A DNA stretch of 64,000 nt, taken from an uncultured Planctomycetota bacterium (GTDB taxonomy: Bacteria; Planctomycetota; Planctomycetia; Isosphaerales; Isosphaeraceae). Numbering within the stretch: the first letter of the stretch is position 1; each line of letters begins with the position of its first letter. Below, in pieces: positions 1 to 9,393 of this stretch. The position numbers and the translations under genes were made by a program. Location of the stretch: positions 5,779,188 through 5,843,187 of the forward strand of contig CAVTTN010000002.1 in NCBI GenBank assembly GCA_963737655.1. The letters are read 5' to 3'. The notes beneath the pieces are model-generated. The model was not told where the DNA came from, ran no database searches, and saw only the letters and a list, made by a program, of their open reading frames with translations.

Positions 1-699
1 GACCCGACGACGGGCAACTGGTACACCTACAACTCCTCGACCCACACGCAGAGCGGCCCGACCCAGGTCGGCGGGCCCGGCTACGTCCCCGTGCCGGGCG
101 ACTATAACGGCGACGGCAAGACCGACTTCGCCGTCTTCAACTCCAGCAACGGCGACTGGTACTACCGCAATTCCAGCTCCGGGGCCCTGGTCGGCCCGAT
201 CCAGGTGGGCGGGCCGAACTGGATCCCCGTGCCCGGCGACTACGACGGCGACGGCAAGACCGACATGGCCTCGATCAACCCCGGCGGCTCGCTCGACGCC
301 TGGTACTACCTCGCCTCCTCCACCAACACGCTGCAAGGGCCCATCTCCTTCGGCCCCACCGGCTGGAACGCGGTGCCCGGCGACTACAATGGCGACGGCA
401 AGACCGACATCGCCGTCTTCGACCCGGGCAGCGGCAACTGGTACTATCGCTCCTCGGCCGACGGCTCGACCGTCGGCCCGATCCAGGTGGGCGGGCCGAA
501 CTGGATCCCCGTGCCCGGCGACTACGACGGCGACGGCAAGACCGACATGGCCTCGGTCAACCCCGGCGGCACCGTGGCCGCCTGGTACTACCTCCCGTCC
601 TCGACCAATACCCTCCAGGGCCCGATCTACTTCGGCGCCCCCTCCTGGACCCCCCTGGAAGCCCCCGATTTCATCCGCTACAAGAGGATCCACGGCTGA
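1..699 (+). CDS. FG-GAP/VCBS-repeat protein, C-terminal part (5' end lies outside the window)
   Basis: Frame 1 is open from base 1 (DPTTGNWYTYNSS...) and runs into listed ORF 91..699. It has four PGDY(N/D)GDGKTD motifs. The ~94-aa unit starting at 91 is repeated from 373. Confidence 0.8.
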   Translation, partial: DPTTGNWYTYNSSTHTQSGPTQVGGPGYVPVPGDYNGDGKTDFAVFNSSNGDWYYRNSSSGALVGPIQVGGPNWIPVPGDYDGDGKTDMASINPGGSLDAWYYLASSTNTLQGPISFGPTGWNAVPGDYNGDGKTDIAVFDPGSGNWYYRSSADGSTVGPIQVGGPNWIPVPGDYDGDGKTDMASVNPGGTVAAWYYLPSSTNTLQGPIYFGAPSWTPLEAPDFIRYKRIHG

Positions 700-708
700 T
701 CGGCCCGG

Positions 709-736
709 GCCGCGCCGGGGGCATCCCCGGCGCGGC
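709..736. terminator. GC-rich hairpin between convergent genes
   Basis: Perfect 12-bp stem GCCGCGCCGGGG / CCCCGGCGCGGC with a 4-nt loop GCAT, between gene ends at 699 (+) and 771 (-). There is no U-tract, so terminator function is only inferred. Confidence 0.45.
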
Positions 737-770
737 CGTCAGCCCCGGCGAAACCGGACCTCGACCGGTC

Positions 771-1736
771 TCAGTCCTCGGGGCCCGCGTCCGGTTCGGC
801 TTCGGCGTCCCCTTCGTCCTCGCCCGGGTCGAGCGTCCCGAACCGGGCCTTCAGGGCGTCGGCCAGCGAGAGGAACTCCTCGACGTTCATGGCCTCGGCG
901 CGGATCGAGCCGTTCAGGCCGAGCGATTCGAGGAGGGCGTCGACCTCGGGCTTGGTCCATCGGCCCTTCCAGGCGGTGAAGAGGACGCCTCGGAGGTTCT
1001 TCCGGCGGTGGAGGAACACGCGGCGGACCGTCGCCACGAACCAGTCGAGGTCGGCGATCGCGGCGCGTTTCTCGGGGCTGGGGCGGACCTTCACCACGGC
1101 CGATTCCACCTTGGGCTTCGGCCAGAACACCTTGGGCGACAGGACCCGGACGATCTCGACGTCCGCCAGGGCCTGCGTGAGGATCGACAGGCCGCCATAG
1201 GCGGATGTTCCCGGCTCGGCCCGGAGCCTCTCGGCCATCTCCAACTGGATCGTGGCGACCATCAGCGACGGCCTCGGCTCGTCGCTCAGCAGGAGGTTGC
1301 TCAGGATCGGCGTGGCGACGTTGTAGGGCAGATTGGCCACGAGCTTGAACGCGAGGCCGGGCCTCACGGCCAGCCCGGCGCGGACGTTGTTCAGGACGTC
1401 GGGGTTGATCGTGTGCTTGTTCGCGAGCGCATCGGCATTGATCACGCGGACATTCAAGCGCCCGCTGACGGCCTCGCGGGTCAATCGGGCCATCGCCGGG
1501 TCGATCTCGACGGCCACGACGGCGGAGGCGGACTCGGCCATCATCGCCGTCATCGCCCCGGCGCCGGGGCCGACTTCCAGGATCACGTCGTCGGGCCCGA
1601 TCTCCGCGGCCCGGGCGATCAGCTCATGGATATTCAAATCGATGAGGAAGTTCTGCCCATAGCGATGCTGGGGGAAGATCCCCCGCCGGGCGAACAGGTT
1701 GCGAAGGTAAGACATCGTCTGGCGATGGGCGGTCAT
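771..1736 (-). CDS. rsmA: 16S rRNA (adenine1518/1519-N6)-dimethyltransferase
   Basis: MSYLRNLFARRGIFPQHRYGQNFLIDLNI..., SAM-binding EVGPGAGAMT, LVANLPYNV. The start is ATG 1736 (MTAHRQT) or 1715 (MSYL). The upstream part of listed ORF 771..1799 runs into a repeat element. Confidence 0.9.
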   Translation of the reverse strand: MTAHRQTMSYLRNLFARRGIFPQHRYGQNFLIDLNIHELIARAAEIGPDDVILEVGPGAGAMTAMMAESASAVVAVEIDPAMARLTREAVSGRLNVRVINADALANKHTINPDVLNNVRAGLAVRPGLAFKLVANLPYNVATPILSNLLLSDEPRPSLMVATIQLEMAERLRAEPGTSAYGGLSILTQALADVEIVRVLSPKVFWPKPKVESAVVKVRPSPEKRAAIADLDWFVATVRRVFLHRRKNLRGVLFTAWKGRWTKPEVDALLESLGLNGSIRAEAMNVEEFLSLADALKARFGTLDPGEDEGDAEAEPDAGPED

Positions 1737-1750
1737 GAGGCGGCGATCCC

Positions 1751-1835
1751 GTAGGGTGCATGCAATGCACCGTCGTGTAGGGTGCATGAAATGCACCAAC
1801 CAGCGGCGGGCAAGGCCCGCCCACCGCTCTCGTCT
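1751..1835. repeat. REP-like element, family A (GTAGGGTGCATGnAATGCACC)
   Basis: Two tandem GTAGGG + 7-bp-stem hairpins (GGTGCAT/ATGCACC) at 1751-1771 and 1777-1801, then the hairpin GGCGGGC-AAG-GCCCGCC at 1806-1822. The same module recurs at 17826-17976, 20061-20085 and 37027-37047. Confidence 0.85.
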
Positions 1836-1877
1836 TCCCCGACATGAAGGAACGAAGGGGTCTGCGCGAGGCGGGCA

Positions 1878-2495
1878 TCACCCGCCGACCACCTCGGCGG
1901 ATCGCATCCACCCGACGTGGAGTTTCTCCAGGTGCTTGGCCAGCATGTCGGCCTCGATGTTCACGCGATCGCCTGTTTTGAGCGTCCCCAACGTCGTGAC
2001 CGCCAAGGTGTGGGGGATCAGCATCACGGAGAACCCCTCGGGGCCGACGTCCACCAGGGTGAGGCTCACGCCGTCGATGGCGATCGACCCCTTGGGGACC
2101 ATCAGGCGGGGCCATTCCGGGTCGATGCGGAAGGCGAGGAAGTCCCACTCCCCCTCGGGCCGGCGCTCGACGAGCTCGGCGGTCGTGTCCACGTGCCCCT
2201 GGACGAAGTGCCCTCCCAATCGGTCGCCCACGCGCAGGGAGCGTTCGAGGTTCACCGGGTCGCCCGGCCGGCGGTCGCCCAGGTTGGTGCGGGCGAGGGT
2301 CTCGGGCCCGGCCTGGACGTCGAAGAGCTCGCCGTCGGCCGAGACGACGGTCAGGCAGCAGCCGTTGACGGCCACGCTCTCGCCCAGGGCCAGGCGGTCG
2401 GCCAGGTCCGGCCATCGGATCGTCATCCGCAGCCCGGCCCCCTCCGGTTCCCTCGTCTCGACCCGCCCCAACGCCTCGACCAGCCCCGTGAACAT
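1878..2495 (-). CDS. ribE: riboflavin synthase alpha chain
   Basis: MFTGLVEALGRVE..., two lumazine-binding repeats (GESVAVNGCCLTV and GSIAIDGVSLTL), IPHTL. ATG at 2495. Confidence 0.9.
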   Translation of the reverse strand: MFTGLVEALGRVETREPEGAGLRMTIRWPDLADRLALGESVAVNGCCLTVVSADGELFDVQAGPETLARTNLGDRRPGDPVNLERSLRVGDRLGGHFVQGHVDTTAELVERRPEGEWDFLAFRIDPEWPRLMVPKGSIAIDGVSLTLVDVGPEGFSVMLIPHTLAVTTLGTLKTGDRVNIEADMLAKHLEKLHVGWMRSAEVVGG

Positions 2496-2665
2496 CCTCG
2501 CCCCCCTGCCCTGCCCTGACCCGGCCCGCGAATCGCGATCCCCCATGATACCGAAACCGCCCGGCCGGGCCGAGGTCGTTGCCCGGCGGCCCCGGCCGGC
2601 TTAGGATTGGGGAGGACGATGACGCCAAGAGACGTGGATTTGATCTCAGCCCGGGAGCCCCGACG

Positions 2666-3031
2666 ATGGCCACGGAGACTTCGAGCTTCTTCGACGTGAC
2701 GGACCGAGGCGCCGTGACGATCGTTCACGTCCTGGAGCCGACGATCCGCCACCCCGGCCAGGCCGAGCAGTTCGGCGCCGACCTGAACGCCCTGGTCGAT
2801 CGCGACGGCCGCAACCGGCTGGTCGTGGACTTCCACCGCAACCATTATCTCGGGAGCACGGCGTTCGCCGTCCTGATCGGCCTGGCGAAGAAGGTCGAGG
2901 CCGCCCGGGGGAAGCTGGCCCTCTGCTCGCTCGATCCCGACGTCCTCGTGGGCGCGAACATCATCGGCCTGGGCAAGATCATCCCGATCTTCGAGGGCGA
3001 GGCGGACGCGATCGAGGCGGTGTCGTCGTGA
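2666..3031 (+). CDS. STAS-domain anti-sigma-factor antagonist
   Basis: MATETSSFFDVTDRGAVTIVHVLEP...LVVDFHRNHYLGSTAFAVLIGLAKK...LALCSLDPDV is a SpoIIAA/RsbV-like layout. ATG at 2666. Confidence 0.75.
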   Translation: MATETSSFFDVTDRGAVTIVHVLEPTIRHPGQAEQFGADLNALVDRDGRNRLVVDFHRNHYLGSTAFAVLIGLAKKVEAARGKLALCSLDPDVLVGANIIGLGKIIPIFEGEADAIEAVSS

Positions 3032-3134
3032 CGAGGACGGCGGTCGGCGAATCCGATCCGGTCCCAGCTCGAGCGGCTCCCCGGGAAAGGCCGAGGCGCA
3101 GCGAGCGGATCATTCGCGGACGGGGGGATCGCAG

Positions 3135-4241
3135 ATGGCGAAGGCGAAAGCCGAGGAGTTCCACGCCCCGGAGCCGCTCGATCCGGAACAGTTGTTGGAG
3201 GTCTGGCAGAGGGCCAGGGAGATTCCCGGGTTCTCCAACCCCTTCCCCCAGAACTGGGCCTACCGGGTTTCGAAGAAGAAGGGGTGGGTCCCCTCCCTGG
3301 CCGGCGCCCCGGGGGTGACGGCGACCCGGCAAATCCGGCTCGACGCGAACCTGAACCGGGCGAAGGTGACGGCGAAGGTCCTGGCCCAGGCCTACAGCGA
3401 TCTGGCCGGGCTCGAGCCGCCCCCGGCCGAGGGCTCGCCGCGGCTGGACTTCTACGTCTCCTGCGATTTCGACCTGCTCGGGGTGCCGAATTACCCCGAC
3501 GAGACGCGCGAGGTCAGCTTCTCGCTCTCGACCATGGAGGGCGCCCCCTGGTTCCACTTCTCTTGCAGCACCTCCTTCGGCTGGACGACCGACGCTCACG
3601 AGGAGAACCGGATCCTCTTCGGGACCGAGCGGGCCCTGCAGGAAGACCTGATCGGCCGGGTGATCGCGTCGAGCCGGCTCCCTCTGCGGATCGTCCCGGC
3701 CGGCAAGTCGTTCGGCGTGGAGCACTTCGAGGGCGCCTGGACGGGCCACTGGGACGAGCCGAAGGAGTACGGCCCGGGGGGCCTCGGTTGCCCCCTCCCC
3801 GGCGATTCCCCGGCCGACCTGGTCGGGCGGGCGCTCGACGGGCTGGCGGTCATGACCCCGGTGGGCCCGCCCCGCTACACCGCCCACCTCTACCTGGAGG
3901 CCCGGCCGAAGGCGGCCGACCCGTGCCCGGGGCTGTACCGGCGCCTCCAGGGCTTCCGCTGGCCGGTCGCCTCCACCAGCCTGTCCACCGTGTTCCGGAT
4001 CGGGTCGCCCGAGGGCCTCGACGGACTCCGGCCGGCCCTGCCAAGCCCTCGGGCCGCCCTCAAGCTGAACCTCGCCCGCTTCCGCCCGGTCGGCCAGCCG
4101 GCCCGAGGACCCGCGACCACCCTGGTCGTCAAGACCCGGCAGGACGGCCACCACCTCAGCCTCCTCGTGCCTCCGGGGCACGAGACGAAGCGCCTGCGCA
4201 AGACCCTGGAGCACGACCTGCGACTGGTCCTCAAGCCTTGA
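3135..4241 (+). CDS. hypothetical protein
   Basis: 368-aa ORF with a normal amino-acid mix (W/F/Y/K present) and a purine-rich stretch upstream of ATG 3135. I recognise no motif. Confidence 0.55.
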   Translation: MAKAKAEEFHAPEPLDPEQLLEVWQRAREIPGFSNPFPQNWAYRVSKKKGWVPSLAGAPGVTATRQIRLDANLNRAKVTAKVLAQAYSDLAGLEPPPAEGSPRLDFYVSCDFDLLGVPNYPDETREVSFSLSTMEGAPWFHFSCSTSFGWTTDAHEENRILFGTERALQEDLIGRVIASSRLPLRIVPAGKSFGVEHFEGAWTGHWDEPKEYGPGGLGCPLPGDSPADLVGRALDGLAVMTPVGPPRYTAHLYLEARPKAADPCPGLYRRLQGFRWPVASTSLSTVFRIGSPEGLDGLRPALPSPRAALKLNLARFRPVGQPARGPATTLVVKTRQDGHHLSLLVPPGHETKRLRKTLEHDLRLVLKP

Positions 4242-4336
4242 GGGCCGGGCGGACGGGCGTTTAGAATGAGGCCCGATCGACCGTCCCTCTTCTTTGCTCT
4301 CCTCTGCTCTCCCATCCCGTCCCGGAGGACCGACGC

Positions 4337-5249
4337 ATGACACCTCCCGTGAACCGTCGCGACTTCCTCGCCCAGACCGCCGCCGGGGCCGCCGCCCTGG
4401 CCGCCGCGTCGTCCGCTTCGGCCTCGGCTTCGGCCGCCCCGTATCCTCGCGCCTCGCTGCCGAAGACGGCGACCGACAAGGTCACCCTGGGCAAGACGGG
4501 CATCCAGGTCTCGCTCGTCGGGATGGGCACCGGCAGCGTCGGCGTGGGCCAGGCGAGCAACCAGACGCGAATGGGCGTGAAGGAGTTCACCCGGGTCGTC
4601 CGCCACGCCCTGGACCGCGGCGTCTGCTTCTTCGACGTGGCCGACCAGTACGGCTCCCACACCTATCTTCGCGAGGCCCTCAAGGGCGTCGATCGCGACA
4701 AGTACGTGATCCAGACCAAGAGCCACGCCACCGACCTGGCCAACTGCCGGTCGCACATCGAGCGCTACCGGATGGAGCTCGGCGTGGACATGATCGACAT
4801 CGTCCTTTTGCACTGCATGACGGAGAAGGACTGGCCGGCGAAGCACGTCGGCTCGATGGAATACTTGATGAAGGCCCGCGAGCAGGGGATCATCCGGGCC
4901 CACGGCACGAGCTGCCACGGGATGGACCCGCTGCGGACCTCGGCCAAGGACCCGTTCGTCCAGATCGACCTGGCCCGGATCAACCCCGAGGGGCTGATCA
5001 TGGACGACCGCAAGCCGGATGAGGTCGCCAGCGAGCTCCAGGAGATGCACGACGCCGGCAAGGGCGTCGTCGGCATGAAGATCCTCGGCGAAGGCCGGTT
5101 CAAGGAGCCCGAGAGAGCGCGATGCGTCGCTGAGGTTCGTCCTGGGCCTGGGCACCGTCGATGCCTTCATCATCGGCTTCGAGACCACGGCGCAGATCGA
5201 CGACCTCCTGGACCGGACCGAGAAGGCGATCGCCGGCCTGAAGAAGTGA
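4337..5249 (+). CDS. Tat-signal aldo/keto reductase (frame broken at ~5111-5120 as assembled)
   Basis: Tat motif NRRDFLAQTAAGAAALAAA and AKR-like FFDVADQYGSH, IVLLHC. The frame from 4337 continues after ~5113 in the next frame (RDASLRFVLGLGTVDAFIIGFETTAQIDDLLDRTEKAIAGLKK, stop 5247-5249). Confidence 0.8.
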
Positions 5250-5276
5250 CGACGCGAGAACGCCGCGCCATCACAG

Positions 5277-5312
5277 CCCTTGTAGGGTCCGCGATTGCGG
5301 CCCCTACAAGGG
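5277..5312. terminator. hairpin with GTAGGG/CCCTAC arms downstream of the AKR gene
   Basis: 11-bp stem CCCTTGTAGGG / CCCTACAAGGG enclosing an inner CCGC..GCGG pairing, 28 nt after stop 5249. Confidence 0.5.
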
Positions 5313-5359
5313 CGTTTGAGCCGGAAAACGAACCCGCCCGCCCCGAGCGGAGGCGCCCC

Positions 5360-6214
5360 ATGAAGACCGCTCGCGATCCCTCATCCCACGCCCGGTCTCT
5401 CCAGTGCATGGAGATCCTCGGCGGGGCCGGGGCCCGGGAGGAGCTGTTCTCGACCCCCGGCCTGGATGCCTGGCTGTTCAGCCGGCCCTATCATGGCGAG
5501 AGCCAGGGCGGGGACGTCCATTATTTATCGTTATGCGGCGGAGGAGTGATCACCCGGTTCGTCCTGGCCGACGTCTCGGGCCACGGCCAGGCGGTGGCCG
5601 AGTTCTCGGCGGCTCTGCGGAGGATCGTCCGCAAGAACATCAACCGCAAGAGCCAGGGGCACCTCGTCGCGGCCCTGAACCGCGAGTTCTCCGCGATGGC
5701 CGAGCTCCGGCGATTCGCCACGGCCGTCGTCGCCACCTATCTCGCCACCAAGCGGACCCTGACGGTCTGCAACGCCGGCCACCCGCGCCCCCTGCTCTAC
5801 CGGGCCGAGAGCCGGGAATGGTCGATCCTCGGCGCCGATTCCGGGGCCGCCCGGGGGGCGAATCTGCCCCTGGGGATCGACGACGCCTCGGATTACGAGT
5901 CGTTCGCCGTCGATCTGAAGCCCAATGACGTCGTGATCGCCTTCACCGACGCGATGGTCGAGGCCCAGGACGAGGGCTCGAACCTCCTCGGCGAAGCCGG
6001 CCTGCTCGACCTGGCCCGGGGCCTCGACCCGACCGACCCCTCGACGATCGGCCCGGCGCTGGTCTCGGCCGTGGAAGGATATCGCCGGGGGGAGACGGCC
6101 GACGACGACCTGACGGTCCTGGTCCTCCGCCACACCGCCCAGGGACCCAAACGGCTCTCGGTGGGGGAGAAGCTGGACGTCTACGCGAAGGTCTTCGGGC
6201 TGAAGGCGGTGTAG
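5360..6214 (+). CDS. PP2C/SpoIIE-family protein phosphatase (RsbU-like)
   Basis: GGDVHYLSLCGGG, LADVSGHGQAVA, VCNAGHPRP, AFTDAMVEA, DDLTVLVL. ATG at 5360 (or 5408). It lies in the same frame as the upstream AKR N-terminus, which explains the listed 625-aa ORF. Confidence 0.85.
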   Translation: MKTARDPSSHARSLQCMEILGGAGAREELFSTPGLDAWLFSRPYHGESQGGDVHYLSLCGGGVITRFVLADVSGHGQAVAEFSAALRRIVRKNINRKSQGHLVAALNREFSAMAELRRFATAVVATYLATKRTLTVCNAGHPRPLLYRAESREWSILGADSGAARGANLPLGIDDASDYESFAVDLKPNDVVIAFTDAMVEAQDEGSNLLGEAGLLDLARGLDPTDPSTIGPALVSAVEGYRRGETADDDLTVLVLRHTAQGPKRLSVGEKLDVYAKVFGLKAV

Positions 6215-6296
6215 GCGCGCCAATCCTGGCCAAACCGGCCGAGTCCCGGCCTGGGAGGCCAGGGCGCGGCCCGTCGTGACCGTTGAAAAGGCGGCT

Positions 6297-6836
6297 TCAC
6301 GTCTCCTGCCACGACGACTCGAAAATCGACTCCATCTCCGCAAGGACTGGCCCGAGGGCCGACCACTCCTCGGGAAGCCGGTTCCACCAGGCGATCCGGG
6401 CCCGGCAGAAGGATTTGCCGACGTGGAGCTCATAGCTCGTGCCGTCGAGCCCGACCGGCGGTTCGGCCACGGCCAGGGGGATCGGGATGGCCTGGAGACG
6501 ACGGACGACCCCCTCAATCCTGGTCGCGTCGATCGGCGCCGAGACCACTTCGACGGTCGGCCTGTAGGGACGGGGATGCTTCAAACGCTCCAGGGGCGAG
6601 CCGAAGGCCCCGGAGTCCAGGTCCATCCGCCAGCACGAGCGAAAGAGGCGAGGCTGGGCCGGACCGCCCGGGACGGGCCACGAGCGGACATCCCAGCCGA
6701 CCGAGTTCTCGAAGGAGGGGAGGACCACGAGGCGACACATCAGGAGGCCGTCGGCTCCGACGAAGGCGCCGGAGCGGAGGCCGTCGCACGCGGCCTCCCG
6801 AACGGCAAAAAACTCGTCGAACTGCTCGAGGTCCAC
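6297..6836 (-). CDS. hypothetical protein
   Basis: 179-aa ORF (GTG start) with non-degenerate composition (W, F, C, E-rich C-terminus). No motif recognised. Confidence 0.5.
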   Translation of the reverse strand: MDLEQFDEFFAVREAACDGLRSGAFVGADGLLMCRLVVLPSFENSVGWDVRSWPVPGGPAQPRLFRSCWRMDLDSGAFGSPLERLKHPRPYRPTVEVVSAPIDATRIEGVVRRLQAIPIPLAVAEPPVGLDGTSYELHVGKSFCRARIAWWNRLPEEWSALGPVLAEMESIFESSWQET

Positions 6837-7037
6837 GCGATCGCCTCCCCGTTGTCTAACCCCGGGCCGCGAGGAGTTTGGCTCCCTCGCGGTGGGCCAG
6901 CCATTCCCGGAACGTTGGGAACCGGTCGGGATCGGGCCGTCCGTTGCCGGGCCTCGGCTCGTCGGGGTGGGCGGCGATCTCGTCGGCCCCGGTCGTCGTG
7001 GCCGCCCTCCCGCGATGTCGAGATGTTCGATGGCTTT

Positions 7038-7316
7038 TCAGGGAGTCGAGGTCCCGGTCCGGCTTTGGAGATAGGCCTCAACCGCCTTCTTCGACTCGGA
7101 CAGGCCCGCCCCGGTGGCCTGGCGGTACTCGCGGATGGCGGCGATCTTCTCGCCCCGATCGGCGAAGGCCCGGGCCCGCTCGGGGAAGCCGGCTTCTTCC
7201 TCCGAATCGGCGAGCCCGAGGCTCTCCAGGATCAGGTCGAGCTTGCGTTCCACCCTCCGCAATCGGGCGGCGTCCTCGGGGGTGAATTCGGGGGAACGGC
7301 CGAGCAGGTCGAACAT
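7038..7316 (-). CDS. small protein with ribosomal L7/L12 C-terminal-like domain
   Basis: 92 aa from ATG 7316 (MFDLLGRSPEF...). EKIAAIREYRQATGAGLSESKKAVEAYL resembles the L7/L12 CTD. The upstream part of the listed ORF is Arg/Pro junk. Confidence 0.6.
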   Translation of the reverse strand: MFDLLGRSPEFTPEDAARLRRVERKLDLILESLGLADSEEEAGFPERARAFADRGEKIAAIREYRQATGAGLSESKKAVEAYLQSRTGTSTP

Positions 7317-7422
7317 CGTCGGTCCTCGGGTCGCGATCGGGCGGAGATCAGGCCCTCCGGGGAGGGGATTCGACCCGAGGGCCGTTCTATTGGACCGATC
7401 GCGACCGGGGGCCGATCCCGGG

Positions 7423-7668
7423 TCAATCCAGGCCGCACATCCCCGACCCGCACCCGCCCATCCCGCACGGGCCGGGCGAGGGGCCGGCGTCGCCCATCGG
7501 CAGGGACGACGAGGCCGAGCCATTCACCTTCGCCGCCGCCGGGACGCTGAATTGCTTGTTCAGGTCGATATTGCCGCACTTCGGGCAGTGCGGGACGTCC
7601 GACGACGAGCGGACCAGCGTCTCGAACTCGTGGTGGCAAGGCTCGCAGCGGTATTCGTAGATCGGCAT
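7423..7668 (-). CDS. FmdB-family zinc-ribbon protein
   Basis: MPIYEYRCEPCHHEFETL...HCPKCG with a Gly/Cys-rich tail. Confidence 0.85.
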   Translation of the reverse strand: MPIYEYRCEPCHHEFETLVRSSSDVPHCPKCGNIDLNKQFSVPAAAKVNGSASSSLPMGDAGPSPGPCGMGGCGSGMCGLD

Positions 7669-7795
7669 CGGAAGAAGCCCTCGAAATCGGTCGGTTTCCG
7701 GGTATTTTGGGGCGAGGTCTCGGCCCTGTCAATGTCGAGGGATTCCGAGGGCGAAGGCGGCCCTATTCTCCGACCGGATCTGGTAGGATACGCTC

Positions 7796-8644
7796 ATGGA
7801 TGAGGTTCGGACGACGCGGGCCGTGGTTCCGAGGGATGACATGGGCGAGCCGAAGACCGATTGGGGGAAGCAGCTCGTCGAACAGATGCAGGGCCTCGCC
7901 ACGGACTTCCGCGACTTTCGCACGGAGATGGCCGCGTTCCGCGAGCAGATGGAGCGGGTCGCCACGGAGTTCCGCGATTTTCGCACGGAGATGGTCCCCT
8001 TCCGCGTCAAGGCCGAATCGCACGTGGCCACCGTCGTCGGCTCGGTCAAGCTCGCGATCCCGATCCTGATCGCCTGCCTCGCGGCCTACATTTATCTGGC
8101 GGTCGAAGTCCGCATCGCGACTTCCAAGGCGGACGGGCTCAAGGAGTCCATCGACGGCTTCAAGAACGATATGCACCGCACTCTCGAAAGGCTGGAAGGC
8201 AAGCTGGAGCGCGGCCAGGCCACCGGCCCTCCGTCCCAACCTCCCCGAGAGGACTGGACTTACGTCTGGGTCGAGGGGGGCCATTTCGAGAGGGTGGATG
8301 GGGATCGGAACGCTCTGGGCGCGACTTATCGGCTCGATGAGAACCGCCATCCGGGGGTGTCCTGGGTCGGCCTAACCGGCTCGGTCCTGATGCCCGACTC
8401 CGACCCGGCGCAGCCCAACGTCGATGCGAAGAAGGCGGAGGCGATCCGGGGGCTTTCCGGGGCCTCGGCCATCTATCTGGGCGGACATGACTTCCAGCTT
8501 CGTTTCGCCGACCAGGATGGGCGGTTGACCGATTCCGCCCTCGCCTACCTGAAGGCGGTCAATCCTCGGCTCCTGTTCCGCTTCCCGTCCGTGAAGTCGC
8601 CCCCCTCCGAAGGGAATGCGGGCCGGGGGCCGCTCCCCCGATAA
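7796..8644 (+). CDS. hypothetical coiled-coil/membrane protein
   Basis: Internal repeat ATDFRDFRTEMAAFREQMERV / ATEFRDFRTEMVPFRV, one hydrophobic segment (LAIPILIACLAAYIYLAV), and a C-terminal domain of unknown type. Confidence 0.55.
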   Translation: MDEVRTTRAVVPRDDMGEPKTDWGKQLVEQMQGLATDFRDFRTEMAAFREQMERVATEFRDFRTEMVPFRVKAESHVATVVGSVKLAIPILIACLAAYIYLAVEVRIATSKADGLKESIDGFKNDMHRTLERLEGKLERGQATGPPSQPPREDWTYVWVEGGHFERVDGDRNALGATYRLDENRHPGVSWVGLTGSVLMPDSDPAQPNVDAKKAEAIRGLSGASAIYLGGHDFQLRFADQDGRLTDSALAYLKAVNPRLLFRFPSVKSPPSEGNAGRGPLPR

Positions 8645-8672
8645 GGGTGAGTCACCCCAGGACCGTTATCTG

Positions 8673-9359
8673 ATGAACCTTCGACCCCTGACCCGCGAGG
8701 AAGTCCGCTCGATCGACCGGCTTGCGGCCGGGACTTATGGCCTTCCGACCCTCGTCCTGATGGAGAATGCCGGACGGGGGGCGGCGGAGATCCTTCGTCG
8801 CGAGGTCCCGGCCCCGGCCCGGGCAGTGATCGCCTGCGGGATGGGGAACAATGGGGGGGATGGGGGCGTGGTGGCCCGCCATCTGGACGCGGCCGGGTAT
8901 CGCGTGACGGTCGCCCTGTTCGGCGAGACGGGCTCCCCCTCGCGGGATGCGTCGGTCCAGATCGGCATCCTGTCGGCCTCGGGGGTCGCGATGGCGACGG
9001 CCCCGGCCTCGCCGGCCGCGCTCGACGCCCTGTTCGCCGGGGCCGATTGGATCGTCGATGGCCTGCTCGGGACCGGGTTGAGCCGGCCGGTCGAGGGGCC
9101 GTTGCGCCAGGCGATCGCGGCCATGAACCGGTCGGGCCGGCCGATCCTGGCCCTGGACCTGCCCTCGGGCCTGGATTGCGACTCGGGCGAGCCGTTGGGC
9201 GAGGCGGTCCGGGCGGCGATCACCGCGACGTTCGTGGCGCCGAAGGTCGGGTTCTCCCGGCCGGGGGCCTCGGCGTTCACGGGGCGGGTCGAGGTGGTGG
9301 AGATCGGCGTGCCGAGGCGGATCCTGGGGCCGTTCGCGGCCGAGGCCGAGACGGGCTGA
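8673..9359 (+). CDS. NAD(P)H-hydrate epimerase (YjeF N-terminal domain)
   Basis: LMENAGRGAAE, CGMGNNGGDGGVVARHL, DGLLGTGL, LALDLPSGLD. ATG at 8673. Confidence 0.85.
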   Translation: MNLRPLTREEVRSIDRLAAGTYGLPTLVLMENAGRGAAEILRREVPAPARAVIACGMGNNGGDGGVVARHLDAAGYRVTVALFGETGSPSRDASVQIGILSASGVAMATAPASPAALDALFAGADWIVDGLLGTGLSRPVEGPLRQAIAAMNRSGRPILALDLPSGLDCDSGEPLGEAVRAAITATFVAPKVGFSRPGASAFTGRVEVVEIGVPRRILGPFAAEAETG

Positions 9360-9393
9360 CCGAGGGGGGCGGAGGGCCCTCGGGCCGGCCTCG

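Noticed and set aside
2496-2665. FMN riboswitch upstream of ribE.
   Set aside because: No FMN-element core strings could be found by eye in the 170-nt leader. The region is shared with the divergent STAS gene promoter.
4337-6214. 625-aa aldo/keto-reductase-PP2C fusion protein.
   Set aside because: The AKR C-terminus (RDASLRFVLGLG…AGLKK, stop 5247-5249) is intact one frame over. A hairpin and a separate ATG (5360) precede the PP2C part. The fusion is the by-product of a single extra base.
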